Below, one piece after another: positions 50,356 through 63,725 of a stretch of DNA of 64,000 bases; within the stretch, counting starts at the first letter, position 1, and the number at the start of each line of letters is the position of its first letter. Made by a program: the position numbers and the translations under genes. Source of the stretch: Lama glama (taxonomy: Eukaryota); NCBI GenBank assembly GCA_028534125.1, contig CM052816.1:89096001-89160000 (forward strand). Direction: 5' to 3'. Below the pieces are notes generated by a model that ran no database searches, was not told the DNA's origin, and worked only from the letters and a program-made list of their open reading frames with translations.

Positions 50356-53300
50356 TAATCAACTATCTCTCTTGCCCTCTTCCTGCCCAAATCTCTCTCT
50401 CTTTCTCTTGCCTTCAAATGAATCCTGTGGTCAAGATCTTGTTGACGACATTGAACTCATACAGTGAATGAAGACCTGTACATTTATTATATGTATTTTT
50501 CATATAATCGTAAAGGATAAAGCATGGAGCCCAGTTCCAGTTCACAAAGTGGAATGATAATTCCTAACAATGTGCTTAATAGGAAAGTGTATATCCACTT
50601 GGTATCCTTTTCTGCTTCATCTTTATTACTTGCATTATAAGGCCTTCTGAGAGATGCTCATTTCTTGTTTCAAGACTCAAGAAACTAAGCCTTGATTTTT
50701 GCTTATCCACCTTCTCCAAACTGCACGCCTTAAATATGGCATCTTCACCAATCTGTTCCTACAGAAAGAACTAGTTCTTCCAATATACTGCACCAATTGT
50801 GGCCACCTGTGTGACACCCCACTTCTTTCTCTATTCAAAGCAATTTCAAAATAATTCAGCCTTTCAAAAGTGTATGTGATATGGAAAGTTTAGTGATGTT
50901 TTTATATGTAAGAGACATTTTAATGTTTGTGTTTTGTGGGCTTTATCAATTTTAGTTTTGTGTGACTTTTTGCTTTCTACTAAGGAAATTTCATTTTTTA
51001 ATAAATTCATGAGTGGGTTGTTAAGCTATTAGTCCATAGTATTCATGAAAATAGCATTTCTTTCCTCAATAGCATAAGGAAGTGAAACAGAAGAGCTAAC
51101 CAAAAAGAGCAAACTTGACTTTTTTTCTGGAAGTGAAAATGTCCTTATAAATTGAACTTGAAGAGAATTTTTATTTTCTTCCCAATCTGGCAATATAAAG
51201 ACCTGAATTTAAGTAAAGAAAAAAAGGAAAAAGAAAAAAAAAAAAGGCTTTGCTAAAGCTAATTTTCCTTCCTAAAGTATTTGAGGACATTTTTGTATTT
51301 AGTGGTTTATTTAACATTTCATATTGGTATACAGAAATAAAAATACTGATTTAAAGAAAGGTAATTTTTACAACTATTCAGCTCCAAATTATGACAAGCA
51401 CTTATACAGTATCGTGACTTGCAAAGTTATACTCAGCATAATGTTGCAATTCAAAATCTGGCACAGAAGTTAACAATACCAGTAACAGCCCCACTAGCTA
51501 AACTTAGCCAGGTTTTGACTAATGTGGTTTAAGTTGAAATTTGATTATATAAAAAGGCTCCTGAAAGTATTGGAAAAGAAACAGTGTACAGGAAAGAGAA
51601 TTCAACAATGTTTACAAAATGCCAAAAGTTCTCACTTTATCCATAAATAATTAATGAAGTCCTCAAAAAGATTTACAAAGTTAAATTTAGGTCAGTGAAC
51701 AGAAGTAAAGATACTGAGCATACTGACTGAAAAATTATTTGATATTTTAAGTGAGACTTCTAATTTTTTTAACAAATCTTCAATTTCTTTCCCCAAGGAA
51801 TTTTGAGAATGCATTTCTAAAATTATTGACAATATGGGCAATCTTCTTTTGATAATGCCATTTACCTGGAAAAGGGGCAGTGAGAAATGAGAAAGAGAAA
51901 ACCAAATAAAGGACATTATTATTAAAATGTACATTTACAATACCTATAAATAACTAATTGTTGTTTTCTATTTACTCGTAGGCAATTCTAACATGACTTG
52001 GAAACTACAAACAACTAGCCATGGGGCCATGGTCTATAAAAGATAAATTAGCACTCATGAACCATACGAGTTTATGAATTAAAGTAGGAGACTGCAATCC
52101 TTGCCCAGAAATTTACAATAAGTCTAAGATAGCACTAACACATTCTTCCTGGGACAAAGGCTAGATACCCTACGTTTCACTTAAAATTGGACCATGGGAA
52201 GCTATCTCTTTCCATGTCTTCTGTTATGACTAACACTCTGAGTGACTGCATGTATGGGTGTTTGTAAAGAATTTGTTTTCAAAAACCTCAGTTGAACAGG
52301 TAGAGGTCAGTATCTTCCCTTTATACTTCGACCACTGTTTGTCCTTCCACATTTCCATCTTCCCGAGACCTTCAATCCCTTGTTTTAAAATTTTTCATTG
52401 TCTGTGAAAATCTCATTCATCTATAATCTTATTCGGTTTTACAGACGCCAACTCCCTTGTGTTTTTACCATGTCAAATGGGCAAAACACCTGCATGTTGA
52501 TGAGTCAAACTTTCACCATTCTGCTGGTGGAATACAAGCTCATTATCTCCAGTGCATGGTGGAGATGTTCAGTAGTCCCTGGCAAACTTTCATGATTTCT
52601 TTATTTCATTTTTTCATTATTGATTCGATGCTCTATTCTGTTCTCTATCACAGAATGGTAACTGACATGTGAATCATCTCAAATACATTCAGTAATTGTA
52701 CAAAAACTATCATTCACATATTAGATACCTCTTGAAAGCAGTATCTTAATTTAACTCTAAATCCTCATTTTTCTTTGCCACATGTGTAAACATGGTATTA
52801 ATCTTTCCATCGTCCTAGATCTAGCACCTTGATGGTTGATCAGCTGTGATACTGGCTCACATACATGACTGCTGCTCAGAGATGTAGTTGTTACATGCTC
52901 TTGACCCATAGTATGTGCCGTTTGTACCACATCCCTCTGATAGATGGTGTATGCTCAGTCACTTCGCCTTCTTGGAGTATACCAGTTCTGTTTCTCTCTT
53001 ATTTGTCTAGTTCAGAGCACAGACTAAATATTGGATTACCCTTTTATCAATATGGGGCTGTGGGAAACTTGACACAAGTAACACAGCCCGTGGTCTCATG
53101 GCTAAATATGCATTATCTCCATTTCTGAACCAGGGTTTGTAATCAGCATGAAATGCAAATCTATCATACACAGAGGTTGTTAGAATTTCCATCAAAAACC
53201 CTGGTTCATTCTACTCCTGTCCCCACTCTACAAGATTCTGTACTTATTCCTGTTGACACTTTTAATCCAGGATATATTCTTTCCTTTCATCTTATCTCCA

Positions 53301-56300
53301 ACTCTATAGAAGTCCAGATACCCTCCATCCACATTAAAGGAGTATATGCATGTCCTGGTCCTTGTGGAAAAATCTCTACATGAAAAGGGGAGATCAGAAC
53401 TCAGACAAATTTTTTTCCTGACCAAATGATCAAAAGTTGAATACTTTACTATCATCAACTACTTCTTCAGTTGGCAAGTAAACAGATAATACATAACCTG
53501 TTTATCCGTGTGCCTCTGCCTGGCTCATTGCCACTATTTCTGAACAGAGTTTACTCAGACTGAGACTCCAACTTTCAGGATTCACACCACTACCTCTACC
53601 CTTCTTCCCCATCTATAACGTTTTTAATCTGCTCTAATGTTAGAGAAAAATGACTCAGTAGAAGGACTCTGTAACAATCTTTCTTACGCTCAGTCTTTGA
53701 CTTTTCAGCTACATATCCCAGCATTTGTGTCTTCGCTTTCTGATTACACAAGTGAAAATGTAGGTCTACTTGTTTGCTTTGGAAGATTCTGGCTGTCTCA
53801 TGCCCCTAGGATATGATTATCCCTCATCCACCCTTCAGGTGTTAGCGCAGTGTATCTTCCCTGGGGAGATTTTTGTGTCCCTCTCAGACTGGATTAGATG
53901 CTGCTTCTTGGAAGAGTTTTCATCCTAACTTCATGCCATCCTTGCAATACTTATCACATTGCCAGTATTAAACCTCCACCATCTGTCTCTCTCTTTCTTC
54001 TCCGATACACCATGGATGGTATAGGTGCAGAGACTATGAATTTTTTTTTTTGTATCCTAAAATTACAGACAGGACTTAGCAGAGAGCCTTCCCTTGTAAA
54101 CATTTTGAGATGCAATTGAATATTCACAACTGGACTTAACTGACCTCATTGATTTGAAACTGCTGCAGTGCTCAGCTCTCTGGCGTATTTGAGGAACCTC
54201 TGCTCTCATTCTCTCAAAGTATCAGAGAAATTTTGTGAATATTGTATCACTGGTATTTTTATACAACCACAGTGCAATACACTCTCTAAAATGGTACATT
54301 AAGCAGCAGAGTATCTATTGACTTAAATAAGTAATCTAAAAATATTTTGGATCTCACCATAAACAACTTTCCTTACTGTTAACAGTACTTGGGGAAAGCA
54401 CATCAAAAACACTTGGCTGCATAAAACAAAGTGACAGTCTAATTTTAGTCTCAAAATACAGTTATAATAAGAGAGTTACAAAGAGAATTTTTGGTTCCCT
54501 TAAGGTTTGGTATGTAAAAGTAGCTCGTTAGGTGTGAATTTTAAATACCTATGTTGCACCCTAAGGGTTGTTTGTAATATCTATGTTGGAATGTTTAAGC
54601 CTAAATTGAGAATGTGGTGAAATAGATGCCTTAACTATTATTGATATGGATGGTATCTATAAATTCATCATATTAGCCCATCGATATAAATGTACAAGTA
54701 AACTGAATCAGATACTAAGACACCCTAAAAATAATCTTTATCTTCCCAAATGTCCTAGACACAAAAAGAATCAAAGACCTTCTAAATCTGTCGGTCATCA
54801 GTCTAATAAGTTAAGCCCTATTTTTTGTCTGTAATACAGACCTTACCAGAGTCATAACTATAAGCCCATTCATATAAGCTCTACTAAGAACTACAGAGAG
54901 AACCGAGTGAAACAGGAACTCAGTGAGAAAAGAGCCCAGTAAGCTGTGGCCCCAGTGAGAGCGTTCCCTGCGTTGAACCAGGGACCCTAGTGATGTTATT
55001 CTGCTACATTTGAACTATCTAGCACCCCCTTCCCCTATGTAGATTGCCTTTGCAATAAGAACAGTATTATAGCTTCACAAATTACAATTAAGTTCATAGA
55101 CATATAGATATATATAGCTATATAATGAACATGCTTCTGAGTTAAAATCATGTGGAAGTTGACAAATTATTAAAGTTTTCATTTTCAGATCCATTTATAA
55201 AAATAATGACATCTTATTCATAGCAAATATTAATAACATTTTAGTATCATCCAAAATGTTATAGTTATAAACATTTTTTAAAAATATTCAAATGCCAGTG
55301 AGACATCTACAGTCCTGTAGTTGGAATAAGGATATTAAAAAGCTCTGAATGCTATGAAAGCAATCCCAAATGATTGTTATTTGCTAATTATAGAAAACAT
55401 CCAATTCATAAAGAACCTTTATTGGAACAATATCAATGGCATTGAGAATTAATGGTCCTTTTGAAAAATGAAATCAAGACAACTAATATTATGTAGACTT
55501 CTTTAAGATAGTGGGGTGATCAATTCATCAGTATTTCTTGTTGCCCCCAAAACATCTCAACACCTTACAAAGCACTTTAAAAAATATAAACAAATACACA
55601 CAAACCTTGGAAAAGGTGCAACTGATGGTATAGCATTGATAAAGCTGTTCACGGTTAGTGTTTTTAAATACAGTTAGTTCCAGTGACTTTATTTTAAAAC
55701 TTTCATTATTTCCAGACTTTTAAAGCAATTCAGGATGAATTCCAGTCTTCATTGTATTTGTTTAGGGAAGTCAAACCTTAACTTCTAAGAATAAAAAGAA
55801 CCTGAATAATACTGAAAATCTCTTTCCAATCTAGTTTTTTTCCTAAAAATATGGATGATGCCAGAAACACTGAAATTTCAGGTAATGTCTCAAACACACA
55901 CTCAGAACTTCACAGGAATGACAATTATATTTTTCTTAAGGTCTTGTGTCACTGATATAGGCAAGAAATATAAAGTGTATTGAATGTAGTACACATGTTT
56001 TCACACTCTAAGGTATTCCTTACAACTACCAGAAATATTTAGTTGTCATTTTGACATTGTCTTAATTCAATATTTACTCAAATGGTTTTATCTACTTTAA
56101 TAGGCAATGTAAGAGTCCTTATGGACACTCTTATGTGAGAATATGCAAATGAGAAGTTCAGAATTGATTTTAGTCTCCTTGGGAGCCTCTTGGTATGTCC
56201 TCCAAGTAAAAGAATGAAGTAAAGTCTCTTTTTATTTTGCCCATTCTTGTGGGATCTAAATCGATGACTACAGAGGAGTTCTGTTACATCACTACAAAGC

Positions 56301-56629
56301 AGCAAGAAGAATTTGCTTCAGGGAGAGTGCTTTGGTGACAAGCATGAAAATGGTTAGGATAAGAACCCTACAAATGGGACTCTCCTGGTGTCATGCCCGC
56401 TTTTGATCCCTCCTCGTCCAAATGAAACACTTCACCGTGCTAACTGCGCTTTTGGCCATGCCCCCACTTCTTGGACTAAAATAGCTTTTCCAACTGCTTC
56501 TCATAAAAAAATTCTTCCTATGCCAACTTTTCTTTGAAGTTATTTTGGATTCCATTATTTAGAACTAAACGCTTCATCCTTGTAACTATACAGCTTCTTT
56601 TTTCAGAAGGTGTATCAATGAGACAGATT

Positions 56630-57740
56630 TCAGTGCTTGTTGAACAATTAAAAATATTTAACTCACACTGTCTGAGGCACATTCCAGATTCTTAAACAAT
56701 AAGTAAATAATGATACTGGGTCTTAAATGTCAAAGTAAGAACCTCCCTCTTCACTCTAAAAATAGTTAAATCAGTCGAAGGATGTTAATGAGGTGATCAA
56801 TAAGCATCAGGCTTTTATTTAGAAGTAATTCTGATAGAGTGAGCAGAATGGTTTGAATGGGGATAACAGTTTATATGCAGAAGCCAATTAAGAAATTATT
56901 TCTGTAATTTAGAGGAAAGATGATGATAAACTGGGCAAGAAAGGTGTCTGTAGAGATTGAAGGCAATAAATGGAATGGAATGCTATTTGTAAGGCCAAAT
57001 GATAGTGTATAATGATACAATAAGTGTTGTGGGGGTTGAGATGGAGTAGAAATAAAAAGTTGATCCCTGGATCCTTGAATCAGATCAATAACTATGACCA
57101 GATCAGTAATTATACCATTCACTGAAATAGGATAATATAGGGTGAAATTCAGATTTAGGGGATAAGGAGATCATTATTCTACTTCTGAAATACTATATTT
57201 TTATTACTGTAGGAGCATCCAAGGAGATATTGAAGTAGGCAGTTGGATATACAATTCGGAACAAAAGCATTGGCTAGGGTTACACATGGGAGAGTCATTG
57301 GCATAAAACTATGTGAAGTTTGGTCTCTGACAATACTGCATGTGTTTGAGTACTAAGTAATGAAAAGAGACAGTCATGAATTCCAACATTTAAACATAGG
57401 GAAGGGCACACTGCAAAGGAGTTTGAAAAGGAGCAACTAGAGAGATGGGAGTGAAAACTGAAAATGGACTTTGTCTCAAAACTTAAGGGAAAATATGTTG
57501 TTTGTATTTTTGCTTAAGAGGAGGACTTTTTTTTTTTTTTGACATGATCAGTACTACTGAAAATTTAAATAATAATGATTAAAATGTGTTCATCACAATG
57601 AATTGTATACAAAGATTTATAAGAGATTCATGGGTGGGATAAAGGTAGCAAAAGCCAAATAAGAATAATCTAAAGAAATGGTAGAAAGTTAAAATATGTA
57701 AATGTATACACAATTTTCCAACACATGTGGTTATATGGGG
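56630..57740 (-). mobile_element. L2 LINE fragment (~1.1 kb, degraded)
   Basis: 'gaagccaattaagaaattatt', 'ccattcactgaaataggataata', 'catccaaggagatattgaagtaggcagttggatataca', 'gggagagtcattggcata'. Confidence 0.8.
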
Positions 57741-59310
57741 GATACAAACTGTCCCATCATTTACTTATGTAAGTACCTGAGAATTCTGTTGACACATCAC
57801 CCAAGGAGAAGATAAATAGAACAGCTTTCAGTTCAGCAAAATATAAATGTAACCGTGTTAAATGTATTAAATTTTTGAAATAATGTATATTTGAGATTGG
57901 GCTATTACCCGCCTCGGAAACAAAGAATAAGGACCAAATACTAGTATTATCCATTCATAAATGGGTTGCCCTGGCCAGGTGTTACCATATTTTGAAGGAA
58001 GATGAATTAGGTTATCTAGTTCAATGCCATTCAGTATTTCAACGATATTATTACTTCCTTTGCTCTCCTTCTGTTCTCGCAAAGCTACCTTGACATTAAT
58101 ATCTGACTTTTTCAATATTCATCAGGGGAGAATACACTCGTGTGAGAACTTGCTATTTTGTCCTTCTTAAGCAGTCATAGTTCTCTGTAGAGATGAACCC
58201 ATCACCATTCTGGTTTCATACATCGGTCTTGTGAGCTTGGTTCATGGCAGTTTGGTCCTGAGAAACTGACTTGTTCTTAGTTGACGACAGAATCTGATTT
58301 CTGAGTACACAAACCTAAGAAAAGATTTTGGAGTCCACGTGCTATACTGACGTGTGTAATCCTCCAGGAGAGGTGCCGGGAGAAAACCGTTCTATGACAT
58401 ACACCTCTCTACACTAACATTTCTCATTGCATATGAGGTTTTTCTTATTTCCATTTTCACATTTGCAAGTCTTCATCTAATTATTATTATAAGTACTTTG
58501 TGGCAGATACTATTTTTTCTCCATAGCACCTAGTAAATTGCTCTAGACATATTGACTACTGAAAATAAAATAAAATTATACAAACACTTAAAAATTTTAT
58601 TGATATGAATTTGAGTAGAGCACTCTTTGCTTGGCAGCAAACTTTGTATTTAGTCCGTACTATCCAATCACTTACTGAATTCTCTTGTGCTGGAAATTAA
58701 AACCCTGAGGGTCAGGTTTTTATCATAAATATGATATACTCTCAAGATTTTGGACTTTAGTTGATAGATATTAGCTGAAAGTGAAAAAAAGTTCTGTACT
58801 GTAGTTGAATGCTTTCGAGGAATTAACATTCATGGGAAGCATGGATGTTATGTATCCTCAAAGAACAGATTGCCCATAACATGCTCTGTTTGTGATGGGA
58901 CATTAAAGACCAGCTCTCATAATTTTTCACTCTACATTTGTAGATTCATTTCTGCTGACAAAATACTAGAAATGTAATTAAGTGTTTAGTTTAATTAAAA
59001 TAGAAGATAAAGCTTGTTCTCAGAAATTCAGTGCAACCCAAAAAATAGCAAACATGTGTAATTATATATCTCAAATGCATATACACTTATTTTCCCCATG
59101 TATATTTTTTCCTAATACTCAGTTATAATTATACTTGTATACTGCACAGTCCCCAAAGCAAACTGGCATTGTCATCACACACACAAAAGATGGATATCCA
59201 GAATTCCTATAGAGTTTAGAATATTTATATATGAAACTTAGTCAAGTTTTGTCTATCCACATTGATGGGATGTGGTATGAATTACAAAACTCACAAAAGA
59301 TATGTCTATG

Positions 59311-59649
59311 CAGGGATCAGCCAATCTTTTTTTTTTTCCTTGTAAAGGACCAGATAGTAAATGTTTCCAGCTTTGTGGGCCATATGCTCTCTGTCAAAAC
59401 TACTCTGTTCTGCTGGAGCATAAAAACAGCCAAAGACTATCACCAAATGGGCATGACTGTATTCCAATAAATCTTTATTTATGGACATTGAAATTTGAAT
59501 TTCATATAATCACATTTCACTAAATATTCCTCCTTGTATTTTTCTTAACCATTAAAAAAATTTAAAAAAAATATTCTTAGGCCATATACATTACAAAAAA
59601 TAGATGGAAGGCCTAATTTGTCCTGTAAGTTTTGGTTTATAGACAGATC
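59311..59649 (+). mobile_element. MER58B-like hAT-Charlie element
   Basis: Starts CAGGGATCAGCCAA. Contains 'tgtaaaggaccagatagtaaatgttt..agctttgtgggccatatg' and 'tgactgtattccaataaa.ctttatttatggacattgaaatttgaatttcatataat'. Confidence 0.9.
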
Positions 59650-59659
59650 ATCTATACAC

Positions 59660-60530
59660 CCACACCCACACCACTATTTCCACTTGTCTTGCTTGTTCTA
59701 ATTTATTCACTCTGGTATTTTCTTTCATGTACATTTATTTTATTGTTTCTCTATCTTGAGTCATGTGGAATCCTTCCACATTCAAGGATTTTATGGATAT
59801 TTAGCTATATTTTTCTCATCATTTTAATATGCTCATTTTTGTGAAACAATTTATTTATTCAACAAATTTATCATGCATAGATCAGATCAGTACTGTGTTT
59901 TCAGGGAAAAATGTCTAAATCAACACCCTAATTTTTAAGTATTTACTCCTAGTAACTGTAGTTATTATTTGTCAGATTAGAATCAGGATTTAATTTTTGT
60001 TCCAAACGGTTTTCAAATTGATCCTATATAGTTAACTGAATAACACTTCCGTTTTCTAATTTTCAATGGCACTTGCTGTATATTAAATTTTAAATCTTGT
60101 ATCTATTTCTGAATTGTTTTTGATTGCATTGAATGATTTACTTATGTTTAAACTATATTTCAAATTTTAGTTTCAAAATGTACTTGATGTTTTTAGTTCA
60201 ATTCAATACATCTCTTTTTCAAAATTATCTTCACACATCCAGTGAATCAATTTTGAAATGAAATTGATATCATCTGCTGAGTTAAAAAAATTTCATTCAT
60301 TTTTGTGTGTGTGTGTGTGGGTTGTGTGACGTTCTTAAAGTATTTACCTAGGAATTTACTTTTTAAATTTTTATCAAAAAGTGCATCTTTTAAGCCTTTT
60401 CAAACAATTTATAATTTTTCTTATAAATGCAGCATGACTTTTTTCTAAGTTAACTTCAAGTTACAAATTTTCATTACAATTTTGAAAAGAAAGTGTTTAA
60501 TGATATTTTTATATCTGTATTAGAAAGATG
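59660..60530 (-). mobile_element. Highly degraded old L1 (L1ME-like) ORF2 3' region
   Basis: T-rich, with residual antisense-L1 motifs ('tatattaaattt...gtatctatttctgaattg', 'tttttcaaaatt'). Confidence 0.45.
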
Positions 60531-60580
60531 CGGTGCCCATGAAATTATTCATGAATACAACAGATTTACCATGAATATAG

Positions 60581-61170
60581 CATCTTTTGCATGTAGCTGA
60601 TCAATTTTTCCAACACCATTTATTGAAGAAGCTGTCTTTTCTTCATTGCATATTCTTGCCTCTTTTGATGCAGACTAACCAACCATATAAGTGTTGGTTT
60701 ATTTCTGAAATCGCTATTCTTTTCCATTGATCTATGTGTTTGTTTTTGTGCCAGTGCCATGCTGTTTTAATTATTAGAGCTCTGTAGTATGGTTTGAAAT
60801 CAGTAAACATAATACCTCCAGCTCTATTCTTCTTCCTCAAGTTGTTTTGGCTGTTCAGGGTCTTTTGTGTTTCTCTGTATATCTTAAAACTATTTGTTCT
60901 AGTTCTGTGAAAAATGGCATTAGTATTTTGATAGGGATAACATTGAATCTGTAGATTGCCCTCAGTAACATGGTCATTTTAACAGTATTAATTCTTCTAA
61001 TCTGTGAGCATGGTATATCTTTCCATCTGTTTGTGTGGTCTTCAATTTCTTTCATCAGTATCTTACTATTTTATGATCTTTTACCTCCTTAGTTAGGTTT
61101 ATTCCAAGGCATTTATTCTATTTCAGTCAATTGTAAATAGGATTGTTTTCTTAATGTATTTTTTCTGACT
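60581..61170 (-). mobile_element. L1 ORF2 C-terminal fragment
   Basis: ORFs 60855-61055 (KEIEDHTNRWKDIPCS...IYRFNVIPIKI) and 60643-60840 (KKNRAGGI..TDFKPYYRA..IKTAWHWHKN.HIDQW) are clearly L1 ORF2. Confidence 0.97.
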
Positions 61171-61929
61171 TCATTTCAGAATTTATTTCACAATTTCATT
61201 TCAGATTTCATTTCAGAATTAAGCAGATGACTTCAACTTAAAGATTTGTATTTTTCCTGAATCACACGGAAAATTTATTTATTTTATTTACCCTTCAAAT
61301 TTATTTTTCTTTTGTTTTTGTTTTGTTTTATTTTTTTGAAACTCCTAGACAGTGGAATTTGATATACCACCTGTTTATTTTTATACTGATGTGGTCTATG
61401 TTTTTGTAGTCACTTTTTCAGCATGATAAATTTCTCAGGCTTTTTCTTCCAGATGATCAGTTTGTTCTTTAGTATGGCCATTCTATTATCCAGCCCATCT
61501 TTATTTTTTTAATGTTTAAGTGTATTTTATCCCAAAGGTTATCTGTTTATTTTCAAGGTTATTACTCGCTCCATCTTAGATTTTATTATTTATGATTTTA
61601 TTTTCTCTCAAATGCTTCCTGATTCTCAATAGTCTTTTCATATTTATAAAAAATAAAGTTGAACCGTGTATATAAAACATTAGGTTACTATACAACTAAG
61701 TTATTCTTTCCAATCTACCTCTCCCTTTAGAGGGAGGGCTGACTAAAGTAATTATGTAAGTGGAAAAAGATGGATATTTAAGCCTTCCTTTAGTTTTCAT
61801 GTATGTAAAGAAAACAAGAAGATGAGTCAGGGACATGTCCAACTGCCAAAATATGAGGATTTGATTCTGATGTAATAGTCCCTCTGTTTTCTTTGTGAGA
61901 AACAGCAGATACCTTAGGAGTCTGTTGCT

Positions 61930-62122
61930 GGAGTCCCGGTGAGAGAGGATGGTGGCTTGGACTAGTGAAGTAGTAAAAAGCTATCCAGCCAGATTCAGAA
62001 CACTTTGTGGACTTGTTGATGAACTAGAAGATTAAAAGTGTGAAATCAAGTAAACAACAAGGTCCTACTGTATAGCACAGGGAACTATATCAATATCTTG
62101 TAATAACCTATAATGAAAAAGA

Positions 62123-62153
<31 letters not shown>

Positions 62154-62240
62154 CTCACTAATTCAACATTGTAAATCAACTATACTTCAATAAAAAAAGG
62201 TGTGAAATCAAGGATAATATCTAGCATATTGGATTAAGAG
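61930..62240 (-). mobile_element. L2 fragment interrupted by a short young L1
   Basis: 'gtcccggtgagagaggatggtggcttggactagtg...ggacttgttgatgaactaga...gaaatcaaggataat'. Confidence 0.7.
62051..62195 (+). mobile_element. Extremely 5'-truncated cetartiodactyl L1 3' end (145 bp) with 17-bp TSD
   Basis: 'aacaacaaggtcctactgtatagcacagggaactata...caacattgtaaatcaactatacttcaataaaa'. TSD AAAAGTGTGAAATCAAG (62034-62050) / AAAGGTGTGAAATCAAG (62196-62212), at a TT|AAAA endonuclease site. Confidence 0.93.
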
Positions 62241-63328
62241 CAAAAGTAAAGTGATTGACCTTAGATAAGAGTTTACCTATCACTGTGATATGAGGAGAGA
62301 TTAAGAATATAATATACTAGATGCAAATAGCTTGCTAGATTTTCTGACAAGAAAATAGTTATTTTTTATTTCTATTTTTTAAATGGAATTGATTGCAGGT
62401 CACTCATTGACAGAACAGAAAAAAAAAGATGTAGAATAAAGAGGCGAGATGCTTAGAAATGGTCATCTTAGAAAATTAAAAAAAAAGCAGTTTGGAAATA
62501 CAGTACAATTACTAGGAAAAGCCATTTGTACACTTGAGGTCTGTGTTGTAAATTTAAAGACGGAACGACTTATAAAGTAGTGTGATATTTCTCCAGCAGA
62601 TTAAAGCTGTAATAGAAAATTCTTACTTCCATCTTCCACCTACAACCCTCCAGTATACTCCCAGGTAGAGACACACAAGGCCACATACTGATACTTATAT
62701 AGATTGTAATTTTCATAAAAGTTTGCAGGTTTACATGACTTTTGTATTCTGGAAGTAACTTTTTCACTTCTTAAACATCAACAAATTGTTTGAATCTTTT
62801 CCAGTGGCATTAGTACACATTCATCTTTCTTTCCACATCCTAATATATCAAAATCAGTCAAAATTAGGAAGAAGCAACACCGATAATGTCCTAAAATGAT
62901 TGCGCAAGTTTACCATAATGACTTTCAGTGTAAATAGTGATGATTTTGCAGGAAACATACTCAACAAGTGAATAGCTTCTTTTTACTTGTGTTCCTTTTC
63001 TGGATTTTTCTCTGTTTCACACATTCACTGTTGTGCTCTACAGGTTCTGTGATTGGCAAACCAATCCCCTTTATCTCTGGGCACTGATTTTTGTCCTCTG
63101 GAACTCTGAAATAGAGAAAATCTGTATCTTCCCTGAACAGATTGTGGATGGCCACAGATCCCTTCTTTAGTCCTGCATTTCCCTTTTTAGACATGTAGGT
63201 AATCTCAGTAGCACAAGATGTCAACAAGTGAACCATGTTACTATCTTCCCACATCATACCCTGTTTTCCTTTTGTAATTTATCTTCTTTATTACAATCAC
63301 TTTGAACTCAGTAACATTTAGGAAGATG

Positions 63329-63381
63329 GTGTGTTTTGTGTGTGTGTGTGTGTGTGTGTATGTTTGTGTGTGTGTGTATGT

Positions 63382-63443
<62 letters not shown>
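63329..63443. repeat. Compound microsatellite (TG)n-(TA)n-(GA)n
   Basis: Interrupted TG blocks followed directly by TA and GA runs. Confidence 0.97.
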
Positions 63444-63444
<1 letters not shown>

Positions 63445-63594
63445 CTTTGGTAAAATCATAATAGTAACTGAGAGGTTATGTCTATTTTTATAACTAATTG
63501 ACTGAGTACATACTGTGATACCAGAGCCTGTAACAGGTGGATCATACAAATTATCTCCTTCAGCATATGTAATCACAACTTCTCCTCCAGAAAT

Positions 63595-63725
63595 GTACAA
63601 CTACAACATCAAAAGATAAGCAAACTGAGAGTCAGTCCTTTTCAATGTCAACACACTAAACAAGTGGCAATGCCAGAATCTGACCCAAGTTGATCTCTAT
63701 CTAAAACCTAAGCATTTGTTTTCAA
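63595..63725 (-). mobile_element. MIR fragment
   Basis: 'agataagcaaactgagagtcag...acactaaacaagtggcaatgccagaatctgacccaagttgatct'. Confidence 0.6.

Noticed and set aside
52450..53400. Possible degraded ERVL/MaLR internal sequence
   Set aside because: The composition is suggestive, but I found no recognisable gag/pol motif or flanking LTR pair.
57867..58115. 82-aa minus-strand ORF with protein-like composition
   Set aside because: No recognisable homology, a non-ATG start and no clear splice acceptor.
61169..61221. Short TTCATTTCAGA-type tandem repeats at the L1 boundary
   Set aside because: A simple slippage repeat with no evidence of function.
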